Source: Mytilus californianus (taxonomy: Eukaryota). Taken from it: DNA of 64,000 nucleotides. The stretch spans positions 83,142,001 through 83,206,000 of the forward strand of contig NW_026262690.1 of NCBI RefSeq assembly GCF_021869535.1, read 5' to 3'. The position numbers were made by a program, and so were the translations under genes. Under the pieces are notes generated by a model that saw only the letters and a program-made list of their open reading frames with translations, had not been told where the DNA came from and made no database searches. Positions 37,956-50,562 of the stretch are shown piece after piece; position 1 is the first letter of the stretch; each line of letters starts with the position of its first letter.

Positions 37956-39250
37956 CCAATATGCATTTCAGTAGAAAAAACAGGGTTTAGTACAACAAAG
38001 TTTATTAAAGTTTTTTTTAAGTAACTAGAATATATATAGAAAAAAATAGAAGGCCCTGCTTACCAAAATACCTAACTAGACCGATGACATTCACCAAGTA
38101 TTCACAATGTAGTAACGACCACAAACCAAAATAAGCCGACACAAAATAGAAAAAAAATTTATTTTTCAATGAAATTTTCAAGTTGAAAGAGAAGTGATGT
38201 AGTAAAAAAGAAATGTTAATGGGAACAAAAGTCTAAAACTCACATTGAATTTGTTATTACGCAATATGAATATAAAATAAAGATGGAAAATCCGATTATT
38301 TAAATTTAACAACCGTCTATATTCAAATCTAACTTTTGTTTATACAATAACTGCTCTAAAACAACTTAAAACACCTCCTAAGTGAAACAGTAAAAACAAC
38401 TGTGCATTAACTATACAGTTTTGTGCCATGCAGTGACGATGTCAACACTTCCTAAGTTTTAAAATGTAAAACAGTAAAAACAACTATGCATTAAATATAC
38501 TGTTTATTGCCATGCAGTGTCAACGTATATATTTGTTCTGTTTAGCAAAAATTCCCCTTGACACTTTTTAAAACGATGCTATAATATATTTTCCTGTTGG
38601 AACAAATATTCTTAATCTTTTTTTCGTTAGGAACTAATTCTGTAATCTTTGTTCCAGTGGAAATAATGTAACAGAGTATTTCTTCCATTTGTAACTTATA
38701 TTATATTCATGACAACAAGTCTCGCGCAAACCCGTAAAGAATGGATAAACTTTATCCAAACAAATAAAGAACAAAATAAAATGCCGTTTAAACAATGATG
38801 TGGTAGGTTTAGAAAACTTTTGGTTTTTGAAGAAACAAAAATATGGTCATGGTATACTAAACATGTTTGGGGGCAACAATGTTCCCCTTTCAAAATCCTG
38901 GTTCCGCCTATTAAAAGTAAGAAACTTGCTTAAATCTGTTCCATAAAACATTATACGTATATGCGAGTTCAGTTATTGTTTAGACAAATTTTGATGTCAA
39001 GTTTTTCAATGAAAGTTACTTTAGAAAAAAGGTTGAAAAAAAAATGTTTTCTTCCTTGGATCATGATTTTAAAAAGGGATATATTACATGTAGCTTGACC
39101 AAAGAATATAATAAGACAACTCACAATATTAATGTTTTCATTTATGAATAAAAAGCCATCCTCAATATTTACAACAAAGTATAATTTCTTTGGTCGCACG
39201 TGTGTGTATTGCACCAAGTGAAAGCACCAAACTTAAATAAACCGAACTAA

Positions 39251-39904
39251 TTAAACCGTCATAGCATCATCATCATCAACAGTTCGACTTAAACTTCCGC
39301 CCAGAAGATCTAAGTTGGCCATTCCTGACACTAAACAGTTTTCACTGGCACTCATTACCCGTGATAATTCTAAACCACGGGATCTGTCTTTTGACCTTCC
39401 GGGAATATATCTCGCCATTCTAACGGGTTTAGTGCGGGATTTAACAGGCATATGATGAATATAAAATCGGGAACAGAACGGATTATCGTCTTTTTCTGAA
39501 GCTAGCCCTTTCATCTCCATGGGTGTGGTCGTGTACCCGGTCGGGGTGTGAACATGATGATGTTTTTTTCTTAGCGTCTTAAGCTGCATCTGCGTATCCA
39601 TAAATACCATATCGTCCATATTTGGTAGGTGATTACGTATCTTTTTCAAATCCTTGCGAACGCGTGCTTTCTCATTCTTATGAACAACTGTTGCGCGGAC
39701 TTGATATTTATTTATTATTTTTTCTTGCAATTTCAATCTTTGTTCCAAAAGTTTATTAATGACACGTGTTTTCTCTATAGTATCCGCATCCAGTTTATTA
39801 TAAATGTCTGGTAAACAGGCATTATTCACAGGAGGTGCTGCGATTTTAGAACTTGTAATTCTGTCCAACACCCAATCTTCCGAAATTAACGTCATGTTTT
39901 CCAT
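39251..39904 (-). CDS. Uncharacterised basic protein, about 217 aa, uninterrupted CDS (paralog B, ends DAMTV)
   Basis: The track ORF starts at a non-ATG codon at 39964. The first in-frame ATG is 39904 (MENMTLISEDW), which fits the length of paralog A at 21576-22220. Confidence 0.8.
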   Translation of the reverse strand: MENMTLISEDWVLDRITSSKIAAPPVNNACLPDIYNKLDADTIEKTRVINKLLEQRLKLQEKIINKYQVRATVVHKNEKARVRKDLKKIRNHLPNMDDMVFMDTQMQLKTLRKKHHHVHTPTGYTTTPMEMKGLASEKDDNPFCSRFYIHHMPVKSRTKPVRMARYIPGRSKDRSRGLELSRVMSASENCLVSGMANLDLLGGSLSRTVDDDDAMTV

Positions 39905-42900
39905 TTCAATTTTCCATTCCAAAATGCCGATATAAAAATGTTTTAATAATTCACATTGAACCACAATCTGTCCGCTCCTAGGAAATGCCTAGACCGAAAG
40001 TACGTTTCCGTTGCGAAGGATATTTCAGGTGCAATAATTTATGTTCAGTAACTATTCAACTGTTGCCCAATTGTATTCTAGTTTATAAATAATAAGTTGC
40101 TGATAATACATTTAATGAAATCTGGAAGATGACGTGACGATATTTTTAATTAAATCACTTGAATGGTATATATTGTCTAGGGAAACAATTACAAGTGTGT
40201 ACCGTATTACCGATCCTAAATTTTCTCCATTCACCGTCAAATAATTAAAATCTTTATCACTTTTCTGATTTTACTGATATTTTTTTACTTATATTCTTTA
40301 CAGAAATACTGTTATCTTCCAAAATCATATTAATTGTTGCTTTGTCAAATGAAATTAATCCCTTGTCAGTCTGATAATGATTGACTTTGCATATTAGCCT
40401 ATAACTGAATTCGTATCATAGCAATGCGCTGTATTCCAATTAATATGTATTGTTGTGACTCCGGTTTTTCTGTGTATTTATACATATATTGTTCTTTGAA
40501 ATTTCACTTCGTTCAAACATATTAATTTTCTCAAGATCTCTATCAACAACTTTTGATGGTTTGACATCATTTAATCCGTGCGGTTGTACATCCCACTTTA
40601 ACTTAAGAACAAGCTGGAGAGTTCGTGGAACCTCGAGTGCATATTATGTTTATAATCCCGAATATTTTTATTGCTAGCCTTGAAAAATCCCTGCATGTAT
40701 AGACTAAAAGGATCTTGTCCACTCTTTTATTAACGTCAAAAATAAAGTTTTGAATCATAAATGGAGTGCTTTTAAAGTCCAATTCAATTAGTTGTTATAA
40801 ATTACTGAAATGGCTTATTTCCACTTAAAGCCCATCATAAGAGTTGCTATATTTCACTTTAGACGATCATTTATCAACCGGCATCCACCCGAAGATTTAC
40901 AAACATTGTGAATGACGCTGTTTGTTTGTTTTTAAATAATTTCAATTTGCATATAGATTTAATGGCTATATAAACCATATAACGGGAATGTAACAAACTT
41001 TGATTAGCCATCTATATACAGCGAAGGCCGGTGGATTAATGGACCGTTCATGTAATATCCCCACGTTTTCACTAATTGATTTCCTAATGGGTCTATGATC
41101 ATTCATAAAATTTATGATTATCAAACAAAGGAATCTGAGATGTAATAGGTACATATAATGAAATTTCTATAAATGGTATATCTGATGAAAATTCTAGGTT
41201 ATACAGTCATAAATCTGTAATGACTTGTTACATATTTAAATATGCGTTATTGTCGTGTCAGCAATCGGGTCACGTCTACAAGGTAACAGTGAAACTTGTA
41301 CTGGGGAGGAGGCGACAAGGGACCACCATCCCTGTATGTCCGAAAAATTGTTTTTTAATCCTTTTTTTCTTATTTTTGACTGCTGTTATTTTTCAGTACC
41401 CCGTCCTGTTCCAATTTAAAAATCCAGGATCCACCAATGGAGATATCTCATTAAATGAATCTTTTTAAAAGATGTCGACGACAGTGACGGATTAAGGAGG
41501 GTCGAAGATCGGAGAAAGATATCATATTTTTACATGAAGTAGCCACGCTACGCTCGGAAGTTTACATGGTATATGTTTAGTTTTATGGAATACCCTCCCT
41601 CTCCTTTTCAAAATTCCTGGATTGTCCATCATTGCAGACCGTATCATGACCTCTTTGTGTTTTAGTTTGACAGTTCCTGTACTTGTTTATTGTATAAGCT
41701 GTCTCATTGATTATTAAACTTTATCAGACAAAGTTGACATTAAATGGATTTGGCTGTTCTTTTTAGATCCCTTTCGTTTATTCAGCTCTTCAAATTTCCA
41801 CGTACTTATACATCCTTGGGTTTCACATTTTTAGGTTTTAGCTTTCCTGATGAAATTACGTCTAGAAAAACTCTTCGGACGCACGAAATTTATAAAGAGT
41901 TATTTTCATTTACTAGAATCCCTCATCTGTATTGTATCCACCCTTAATGCAGTTTTTTGTTGTTGTTTACTTTGTTAACTATAATTACTACTTGATCTAA
42001 TCAACCAATCAAGTCCACAATCTGTATACCAATAATGAAGCATTCTCTGTATATCAGTTTTCGTACTTCCTGACCAATGTAAATATCTAATTCAATGTTT
42101 TGTGCAATTCATTTCTGTTATTGATTTTAGCAACGTTGGATTTATTTGAATCATTTATAAAACATTACTGGAGTGTTTAATAATTCCCATGATGATTGAA
42201 TGAAAACATTAAAAATATATTGGTAAATATAATTAACATTGGTGTAAAACTAGTGTTCAGAGTGATTTAACTTGTATATGACTTTTAACACACTTTAGGT
42301 GACAATGGCCTTGTCAGAGAATATTAGCCTATTTTACTATGTTCAAATATATTTCCAATCTCAACCCTTTTATGAATATAGGACTTGTTAGAGTTTGGAT
42401 AAAGGCTCAAAGCTGCAATTGACACTGATTGTTACAAGTATAAATTGGAACTCAACCCATCTTTATTTGATCTGATCGTGTATACCTAACATTTAAAGGG
42501 TATCATTATAGCCAGCGGAGGGTCACCTCGAGGTCATTTGATAAGCACACTTTCACAAAAACAAGTTGTCATTACCACTTGAACTGAAGGACACAATCAA
42601 TTTGTTATTCTCCTCTCCGTCTCTTTTGTCGCAATTATGTGCGTTGGTATATATATTTTCAAAATACCGAATGTCTGTCTAAATGTGGAAGGTAAAATCA
42701 AATACGAAATTGAAGAGCATTAAAAAAAACAAAAAATCCAATAAAGTTGTGCCAAATAAGGTGTAGGCAATCTGGGACTATTATACTGTCCAAGAGGCAA
42801 TCTATAGCTAAAAGTAAATTTACAGAAAAATGAATATATCAATGATATGCTATGTCAAGACAAAAGCGCAGACTACTAGGCTGGTGGTGTATTTTGTATG

Positions 42901-43609
42901 CGGTGATAACAGTTGCCTTCGATAGAAGTTTTCTCATACAATGATGTTGGTTGCCCTGTGAGAATGTAATTACACATAATAATTGCAGCTGCCTTTGAAG
43001 GACTATTGTGTATTTCTGATACAACAAAATTGGTTGTCTTTGGTGGGTTAAATTACAATGTAAGGCGACAATAGTTTACCGATGTTCAAATCTCGTAAAT
43101 CGGAAGAGACAAAACAAGGTAACAAACAAAAACTGAGGGAAAAAAGTATTAAAAAAATACCGAACTCCAAGGTAAATTCAAAAAGGGGAAGTCCATAAAA
43201 ACCGACAAAATCATACGTTAGACTATATCAACCAACAGAACGTATGGAAAACAACTGTCATATTCCTGACTTGGTACAGGCATTATCCGAAGAAAATGGT
43301 GGGTTAAACCTGGTTTTTGAGCTAGCTAAACCTCCCACTTGTATGACAGTTGTCTATAGTTATATTGACAATAATTGGGATCCAACAGCCAAAACTATGT
43401 AAACATCCAACATAACTGCCTAAAAATTTCAAACTCACATACAAATAAATCTGTCAAAGACTCCAACAAAAAAGTTATTCTACTTGATAGTAAATCTGAA
43501 AAGCATGAACTCCAAATGGAGCGATAACGTATGCGTCTATAAGGTCGGCGTCTCATGGTCTTGGAGTATAGATTCTGCGTACTGACGTTGTTTATCATCT
43601 TAATAACGT

Positions 43610-43850
43610 GTCATAGTATTCTTTTATTTGTCTTTATTAATATTACTTTTACTGTTAAGTCTGTTTTTTGAGATATCCATTTGACGTGACTGTGTACTTA
43701 TGTATCCCGTCATACTTTGAACCACAAAATTATTTTATTTATTAATATTACTTTTACTTTTACTATTAAGTCTGTTTTTTTGTGATATCTATTTTACGTG
43801 ACTCTGTACTTATGTATTCCGTCATACTTTGAACGATAAAATTATTTTAT
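43610..43850. repeat. Two-copy tandem repeat, about 130-bp unit
   Basis: tattaatattacttttact..ttaagtctgtttttt..gtacttatgtat.ccgtcatactttgaac occurs twice consecutively. Confidence 0.8.
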
Positions 43851-43974
43851 GTCTACCTGTGCGAATTTCAAACGCGCGATTTTACGCCAGTACTTAAAAC
43901 CTTCCATCCTTTATGGGTGGATTTTACATAGATAAATAAAATCGTATAATAAAAAAGCAAAATGAGGATGTTAA

Positions 43975-44350
43975 CTTTGATGTATGCCTTTTTGTGCTTC
44001 TTCGTTACATTTGTATGTTTTTATAGTGATTAAGATGATAACACAATGTTGACTGCTGTACCCCTATTTTTGACATTTTTACCTATTGTGTCTGTTTGTT
44101 TTGTTCACGCATCGATGTCAATATAATGGAATTTGTTGCGACTGTCATGCAAGTGAGAGGTTTAGCTAGCTATAAAACCAGGTTCAATCCACCATTTTCT
44201 CATTTTCTACATAAGAAAATGCCTGTACCAAGTCAGGAATATGACAGTTGTTATCCATTCGTTTGATGTGTTTGAGCTTTTGATTTTGCCATTTGATTAG
44301 GGACTTTCCTTTTTGAATTTTCCTCGGAGTTCAGTATTTTTGTGATTTTA
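43975..44350 (+). repeat. Interspersed repeat family B copy
   Basis: Near-identical to 46185-46580. Confidence 0.8.
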
Positions 44351-44476
44351 CTCTCTGCTATGAATGTATCACCAGCCATGCGAGTTTTCACTCACTAAAA
44401 ATATCACAATCGGTATGTGAATTTAGCATGTTTCTTATACAGTGATATCACTTGCTCTTAATGTATATTTCTAATA

Positions 44477-45331
44477 CTGTGGATTCATTTATTTTCGTGG
44501 GTATCAATTTTCGTGGATAGAGCAAAAAAGGCATTTCGTGGGATATGTAAATTCGTGGTTCGCTGTTTAAAAAATTAAAAAAAAAATGTTTCAGATACGT
44601 AAATTCGTGGATCTCTGTATGAAGAATAGTTAAACAAAAGATAGTAGTTCATTGAAAATGTTTTGAATCGTCAAAATCCTCGCGTGGTCATTTTATGTTA
44701 AAGTGTTCATTTACAAGCGTGGACAAAGGCAACTAATGATTTGTTTGCTTTACAATTTATAATTTGTAGTTAGAATTTTATAAGGTATACAAAGGCCCTT
44801 TGATGTTCAACTGATTGAAAGTTATTTTTCCTAATCAAGACATAATAAGAAGTAATTAGAAAATGATCAAAAGTAAGAAACAAGTTAACGAAGTTTGCGA
44901 TCCAAGCTGGAACCCAAGCCATACAACAGTGAAAGATATACTCATCTCACGATTTTGTTATATATACTCTGGGGAATATGATTCCCTCATAACAAATAAT
45001 GTCGCTTTAACAGTGGTTAAAGTCCGGTAGTATTAAGGTGAAAGCTCCTGCCACGCAAGGCTTGCCCGATCCATCTCAATGCAGTACACAACGTGATGTT
45101 CTTGTGACCCAAGCAGCCAACGACGGTATTGACACGATGAATTCTGCTACTAGCCTTCCAACTACTCCAACCAGAAAACGCAAACGGGGAGAATCAACAC
45201 TACACTAGTAAACATCCGATTTATTTCAAATTTGTCGGGATTATTGTTCGTTGAATTCTTAAATTCGTGGTTTGCTGTGTCCGTCGAAAACCACGAAAAT
45301 TGGTATACCACGAATAAAAATGAATCCACAG
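44477..45331. mobile_element. TA-flanked MITE (Tc1/mariner-like ends)
   Basis: TA|ctgtggattcatttattttcgtgg ... ccacgaataaaaatgaatccacag|TA, with subterminal (aa)ttcgtgg repeats. A related copy lies at 56866-57703. Confidence 0.8.
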
Positions 45332-45364
45332 TACATTTATGTTGGTTGCCTTTGCATTATATCG

Positions 45365-46150
45365 AATTTCTCATACAATGAAGGCAATTTTCCTTGCTGT
45401 ATTATTCTGTATTTTTCATGCAATGCAGTGTGTTTCCATTGATTGATTATAGTGTATTTCCACAGGCACTCGTCTCTAATTTTTAAAAAATTTTTTTTTA
45501 TAACTTTATATATATTATATTAAGGTATATAGGTAAAATATATTTTATAGACAAGTGCCTGTGTATATTTCTGATAGTGATGGCAGATGCTTGTGATTGG
45601 TTATGGTGTAGTTCTCATTCAATGATATCAGTTGTCCTTGCTGAATTATTGTGTATTTCTCATGAAGTGATAACAACTATAAATACGACGGAATACGGTA
45701 AATTTCTAATGCAGAGATGTCAGTAGTCCTGTTGTATGGTTGCACATTTATCTATATATTGTAGCTGGTATGCTTTGATGGATTAATCTCTAGATTATTG
45801 TTAATTTCGCATACAGAGATGTCAGTCTTTGCTAGATTATGGTAATTTTGTCAAATAGTGATGTTGGTTGTCTTTGATGTATTACTTTAACAGCATATTT
45901 CTCAAAGAATGAAGTTGTTTTCTTTTGATAGATTATGGCATATTTCAAGTTGCTTGGTGGATTAAAGTGCATTTCTCAAACACTGATGTAAGTTATCTTT
46001 GCTGGAGTATTGTGTATGTCTCATACTCAATACTTACATATTAACTTACATCAGTTATCCTTGCTGATGTAAGTTAATATGTAAGTTATCCTTGCTGGAG
46101 TATTGTGTATGTCTCATACAGTGATATTGCTTTAGTTGAGTTTTCTTGTT
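45365..46150. repeat. Degenerate minisatellite (about 45-bp unit, ..gttgtccttgctggattattgtgtatttctcatacagtgat..)
   Basis: The motif recurs many times with divergence. Inverted remnants lie at about 42850-43060. Confidence 0.6.
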
Positions 46151-46184
46151 ATTGTGATATGGTCATTTTTGTATTCTTGTCTTT

Positions 46185-46580
46185 CATTTTTGCTTATGTG
46201 CTTTGTCTATATGCCATTTTGTTTTTCTTTGTTGACATATTTGTTTGTTTTTATAGCAATTAAGATTATAACACAATGTTGACTACTGCACTCCTATTTT
46301 TGACATTTTCACCTATCATGTCTGTTTGTTTTGTTCACACATTGTTGTCAATATAATGGAATTTTATGCAACTGTCATACAAGTGAGAGGTTTAGCTAGC
46401 TATCAAACCAGGTTTAACCCACCATTTTCTACACAAGGAAATGCCTGTACCAAGTCAGGAATATGACAGTTGTTTTCCATTCGTTTGATGTGTTTGAGTT
46501 TTTGATTTTGCCATTTGATAAGGGACTTTCCGTTTTGGATTTTCCTTGGAGTTCGGTATTTTTGTTATTTTACTTTTTAT
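46185..46580 (+). repeat. Interspersed repeat family B copy
   Basis: Near-identical to 43975-44350. Confidence 0.8.
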
Positions 46581-46789
46581 TATGGTTTATTTTTTATACT
46601 GATGTTGGTTGCCAAATGGATTCTGGTGCATTTCTCATATAGTGTAGTAGTTTGTCTATCAGGCATTTTTGGTGTATTTCTTATATGTAATTATGGTAAA
46701 ATCGTTTGATGTACAATTGGTTTAGGTAAATAATTGTGATTACATTCATGGACAACTAACATATCCCAGACTGAAAGTCAGACCATATG

Positions 46790-47690
46790 AAATCTGTATA
46801 CAAGTTATGGTTTGTCCACCCAACACATTCGAAATAGTAAAGCTGTATACAAATAATTTACAACATTGCCATCCCACCACCAGATAAGTATTTCTATGTC
46901 TTCCATTCTGCTAAATTCTTCGCAGGCAAGATAATAGCTTCTAAATGTAAAAAAGACCAAAACCTGTCATGGCTGTCTACACCAAAGATGATATTATCAA
47001 AATGCTGGACTTTTAGATTGACAATATATTTGTTTGGTGGATTGATATTTCAGTATACTCAGAATTCCAATGGGTACTAATTGTACACCATTACTAGCAG
47101 ACTTGATTTTTTTTTTCATATGAAGCAGATTTCATACTGAACCTGCTCAAAAATAAAAGAAAAAGCAACTTGCAAAGTTCTTTTATTTCACTTTCAGATA
47201 TATATTGATTATGTTCTGTTAATCATCTTTAAACACCAACATTTCAATGATTCCTTACATCTCATATATCCTAATGAACTTGAGATTGGAGATACTATTT
47301 AAGCCTGGTATCTATGATGAGTTATTTATTATACAGTAGAAGGTCTGCATCATATATTGGTCACTATTATCTATGACAAACGTGATGATTTCAAAGTGTC
47401 AACTTCCCATTTTTCAGCAGTAACACACCCTCTGCTACATCATACATTGTCACATAGCATTTACCTATCTCAGTTAATGTTATGCTCGTGCATGTCCACT
47501 ATTTGGAATTCAAAAACAGGGGTGTCAATGTGCTCCTTACACAAAAAATGTTCCAACAGAGTTATGAGGAAGAACGACTAGATAAGTTTTATGGTCACCA
47601 TCTTGAATTAGTTGGCCCATACAATCTGCCAGTGTCTCAACTCACGATCATGGACGTGTTTTTTGGTCTTAGATCTTTAGATACCAGGAC
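46790..47690 (+). pseudogene. Decayed Penelope-like reverse transcriptase
   Basis: Broken-frame translation gives DIIKMLDF*IDNIFV, IPMGTNCTPLLADL, YEADF, FRYI(D), YPNELEI.DT, YDKRDDF, KFYGHHLELV. These are RT core motifs with stops and frameshifts. The clade is not assigned. Confidence 0.75.
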
Positions 47691-48769
47691 AGTTGTCTGA
47701 TCTGAATTTAACTGATTGTGACATTTTAACTGAGTGTTAATTTACATGGGGGTGATGCTTACTGTGACGATGCAATCTCACTCCTTTTGCAATTCATGCC
47801 ATTCCCTATAGTTTTAACCAACATTACATAGTTGTCAAATTGCTAACATTTGGGTGTGAAATCGAGGATAATTTTCATATACAGGTAAGCTGATGCAACA
47901 TTACTCCCAACTGTTTTGTTTCATGCACCACTGATGAATATTATGTAGATGAAATACTTGTCTTGCATACCAAATTGTAAGCCTAGCTAGTATCTTTGAT
48001 TAATTTTTATTTTGGTGAAATTGGAGATAGTTCATCCTTTGTTATTAATAATCATTAAACATGTTAAAGGTACTGTTAATTCAGAAATGATTGCGAAATT
48101 TTTATTTATAGTGAATAATGTGACTAGGTGAGTTTCGCAATAATAAGAATTCACATTCTCATATCTGATGCATATAAATGAAATCATCACAATTAATCTC
48201 ACATTTATGTCCATTCCTCAAAAATCACAATGATTAATGCACGCAATAATTTCTGATTTTACAGTAAATGATTTCAATTGGAATAAACTACAACCCTATG
48301 TGCTTGTTTTATCAAAATATTTTGAAAAGTAAAGACTATTTTACTGCTATTATGGCACAACAGGCTACAGGTATGTCATTGCTAAGAAAATGTTATTTTG
48401 GAATTTTACATTTACAAGCCATATCAAAAATAAATTTTAAAACTTGATGGTCTGATTATTATTTAGACCAAGATTGGTATAATTATATAATATGGCCAAA
48501 TGGTTGAAGAAAATCTTATAATCAATATCTGATGATTTCTTCAATAAGGTATCAATTAATCTGTTTGGTAGCGGTTTCTATCTTTGAACTAGATGTAAAC
48601 TTGAAAACTTATCATATAAACAATATATATGTTAATTAGGATGGGGGATTGTTGTAAAAAGAAAAAAATCCATTTCACTAACATATCTTATTTAGAAAAG
48701 TTAAAGAGTCTTTAAGTTTCTTGTTTATCATGTTTATACCTCACTTTCTTCACGGTGAAATCTGTTATA

Positions 48770-49741
48770 AAAAATGCTTCGCTGAGCGCAGCTAGATACG
48801 CCCGCAGAGGTCCAACCCTGAACAGTTGGGGCAAAAATTGACACAATATTCAAGCTTGATTCAGGTCTGAATTTGGATTGTAATTAAATATTTGACATAT
48901 TATAGGTTTCTGAATAAATGTAGTCAAAGAACTTGAAATTGGTTATATGAATTGAATTTATATTCAATTAAAGATTTCTTGCTGTTGTGCAATACTTAGT
49001 AAATCTGTTGTCAGACTATAAACAAATAAAGTTCAATAAATTCTCAATGTCATATTAGAAAATAGAAATTTATGAAAATAAAAAGGGAGCTTACATCAAT
49101 AGATATAAACAATTCACCAACGTTTCATGGGAATTGGTGACAGCATTTTCGAGTTATTGTCCGAAAACTGGAAAATCACCCCTTTTTTAATGAATAAAAC
49201 CCCATAACTCAAAAATGTAAAACGTAAAATTTATAAAATTCTAAAGGGAGCTTACATCAATACATACAAACAATTCACCAAAGTTTCATAAGAATTGCTG
49301 GAAGCATTTTTGAGTTTTTGTCCGAAAACTGGAAAATCCCCCCTTTTTTTATGAATAAAACCCTGTAACTCGGAAACGTAAAATCTAAAATTTATAAAAA
49401 TAGAAAGGGAGCTTACATCAATAGATATAAACAATTCACCACAATTTCTTGCAAGTTGGTGAAAGCATTCTTGACTTATTGTCCGAAAACTGGAAAATCC
49501 CCCTTTTTTTACTGAATAAAACCCCATAACTCGGAAACGTAAAATCTAAATTTTATAAAAAACGAAAGGGAGCTCACGTCAATAGATATAAACAAGTCAC
49601 CAAAGTTTTATGCAAATTGGTTAAAGCATTTTTGAGTTAATGTCCGACATGTTGACGACGGACAGACGGACGGACAGACGGACGGACGGACGGACGGACA
49701 GAGGTATGCCATAATACGTCCCGTAAACGGGCGTATAAAAA
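48770..49741 (+). mobile_element. HINE/pearl-like element with four ~165-bp tandem units
   Basis: Units gggagcttacatcaata.atataaacaattcacc..tgtccgaaaactggaaaatc, (GACG/GACA)n at about 49655-49702, and a 3' hairpin tacgtcccgt-aa-acgggcgta followed by taaaaa. The shared 5' block is at 48775, but whether 5' and 3' parts form one element is uncertain. Confidence 0.7.
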
Positions 49742-50562
49742 TGATAGCCCTGTTTGAACTTTCTAGCTAAAACACTGTTCACCTAAAATCAATTTGAACC
49801 TTAAACTTAACTAGGCTATCTAGACTAAGATCCTACAACAATCATTTCTATTTCTATATCATATATATATGCACTTCTTATCTCTAAAGATATGACAAGT
49901 TCTTCACTTCTTGTGGCCTATTTTCTAATGTAGGACATGAGGAAATAAATAGGAAAACCAGATAAAACATGCACATTTGCGACACATTTTGACTTCACTG
50001 TAAAAAATCTAGAACTTTTTTTAAAGGTATAGTGGTGTCTAACAGTTTACATGATTTGAAGTATATTTCTGACCATGATTTTTATTTTGCATTTGTTTGA
50101 TGTCGTCAATGTAGAATTGCATGTTTCTAATGGAGAAAGTCAAAATATAGCTGTATATCATTAACTGCAAATCTATATCAATAAGACAGTCAATAAAATT
50201 TACAATATTTTTATTATACTTAACACTGACCCAGCATTAATACACAAATTTTCCGTTGACAGAATGGACAGGTTTCTACTAAATTTCCCACGATTCACTA
50301 TTGACAAACTGTAGAGTCTCTTTAATAGCCATGCTAACCATCCAGTTATATAAACATACTGCAGAAACAACTATTCACTTTGCACTTGAAATTTCTAGGC
50401 CAGAACTGCATGTTATGTAAAAATGATTTATGATATTTACATGATTCTGACTGAAGTTATGATAAAATGAGGATTTAAAAAGTGATCCATGTCCTTGTAA
50501 AATAATGAATGTCACAGATGTAATTTTCCTCACATGGAAAAGTCATTTGTTCATTGTTGGTC

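Noticed and set aside
47357-47700. Short ORFs as functional genes (also 10428-10655)
   Set aside because: They are frame fragments of decayed RT sequence with stops and frameshifts.
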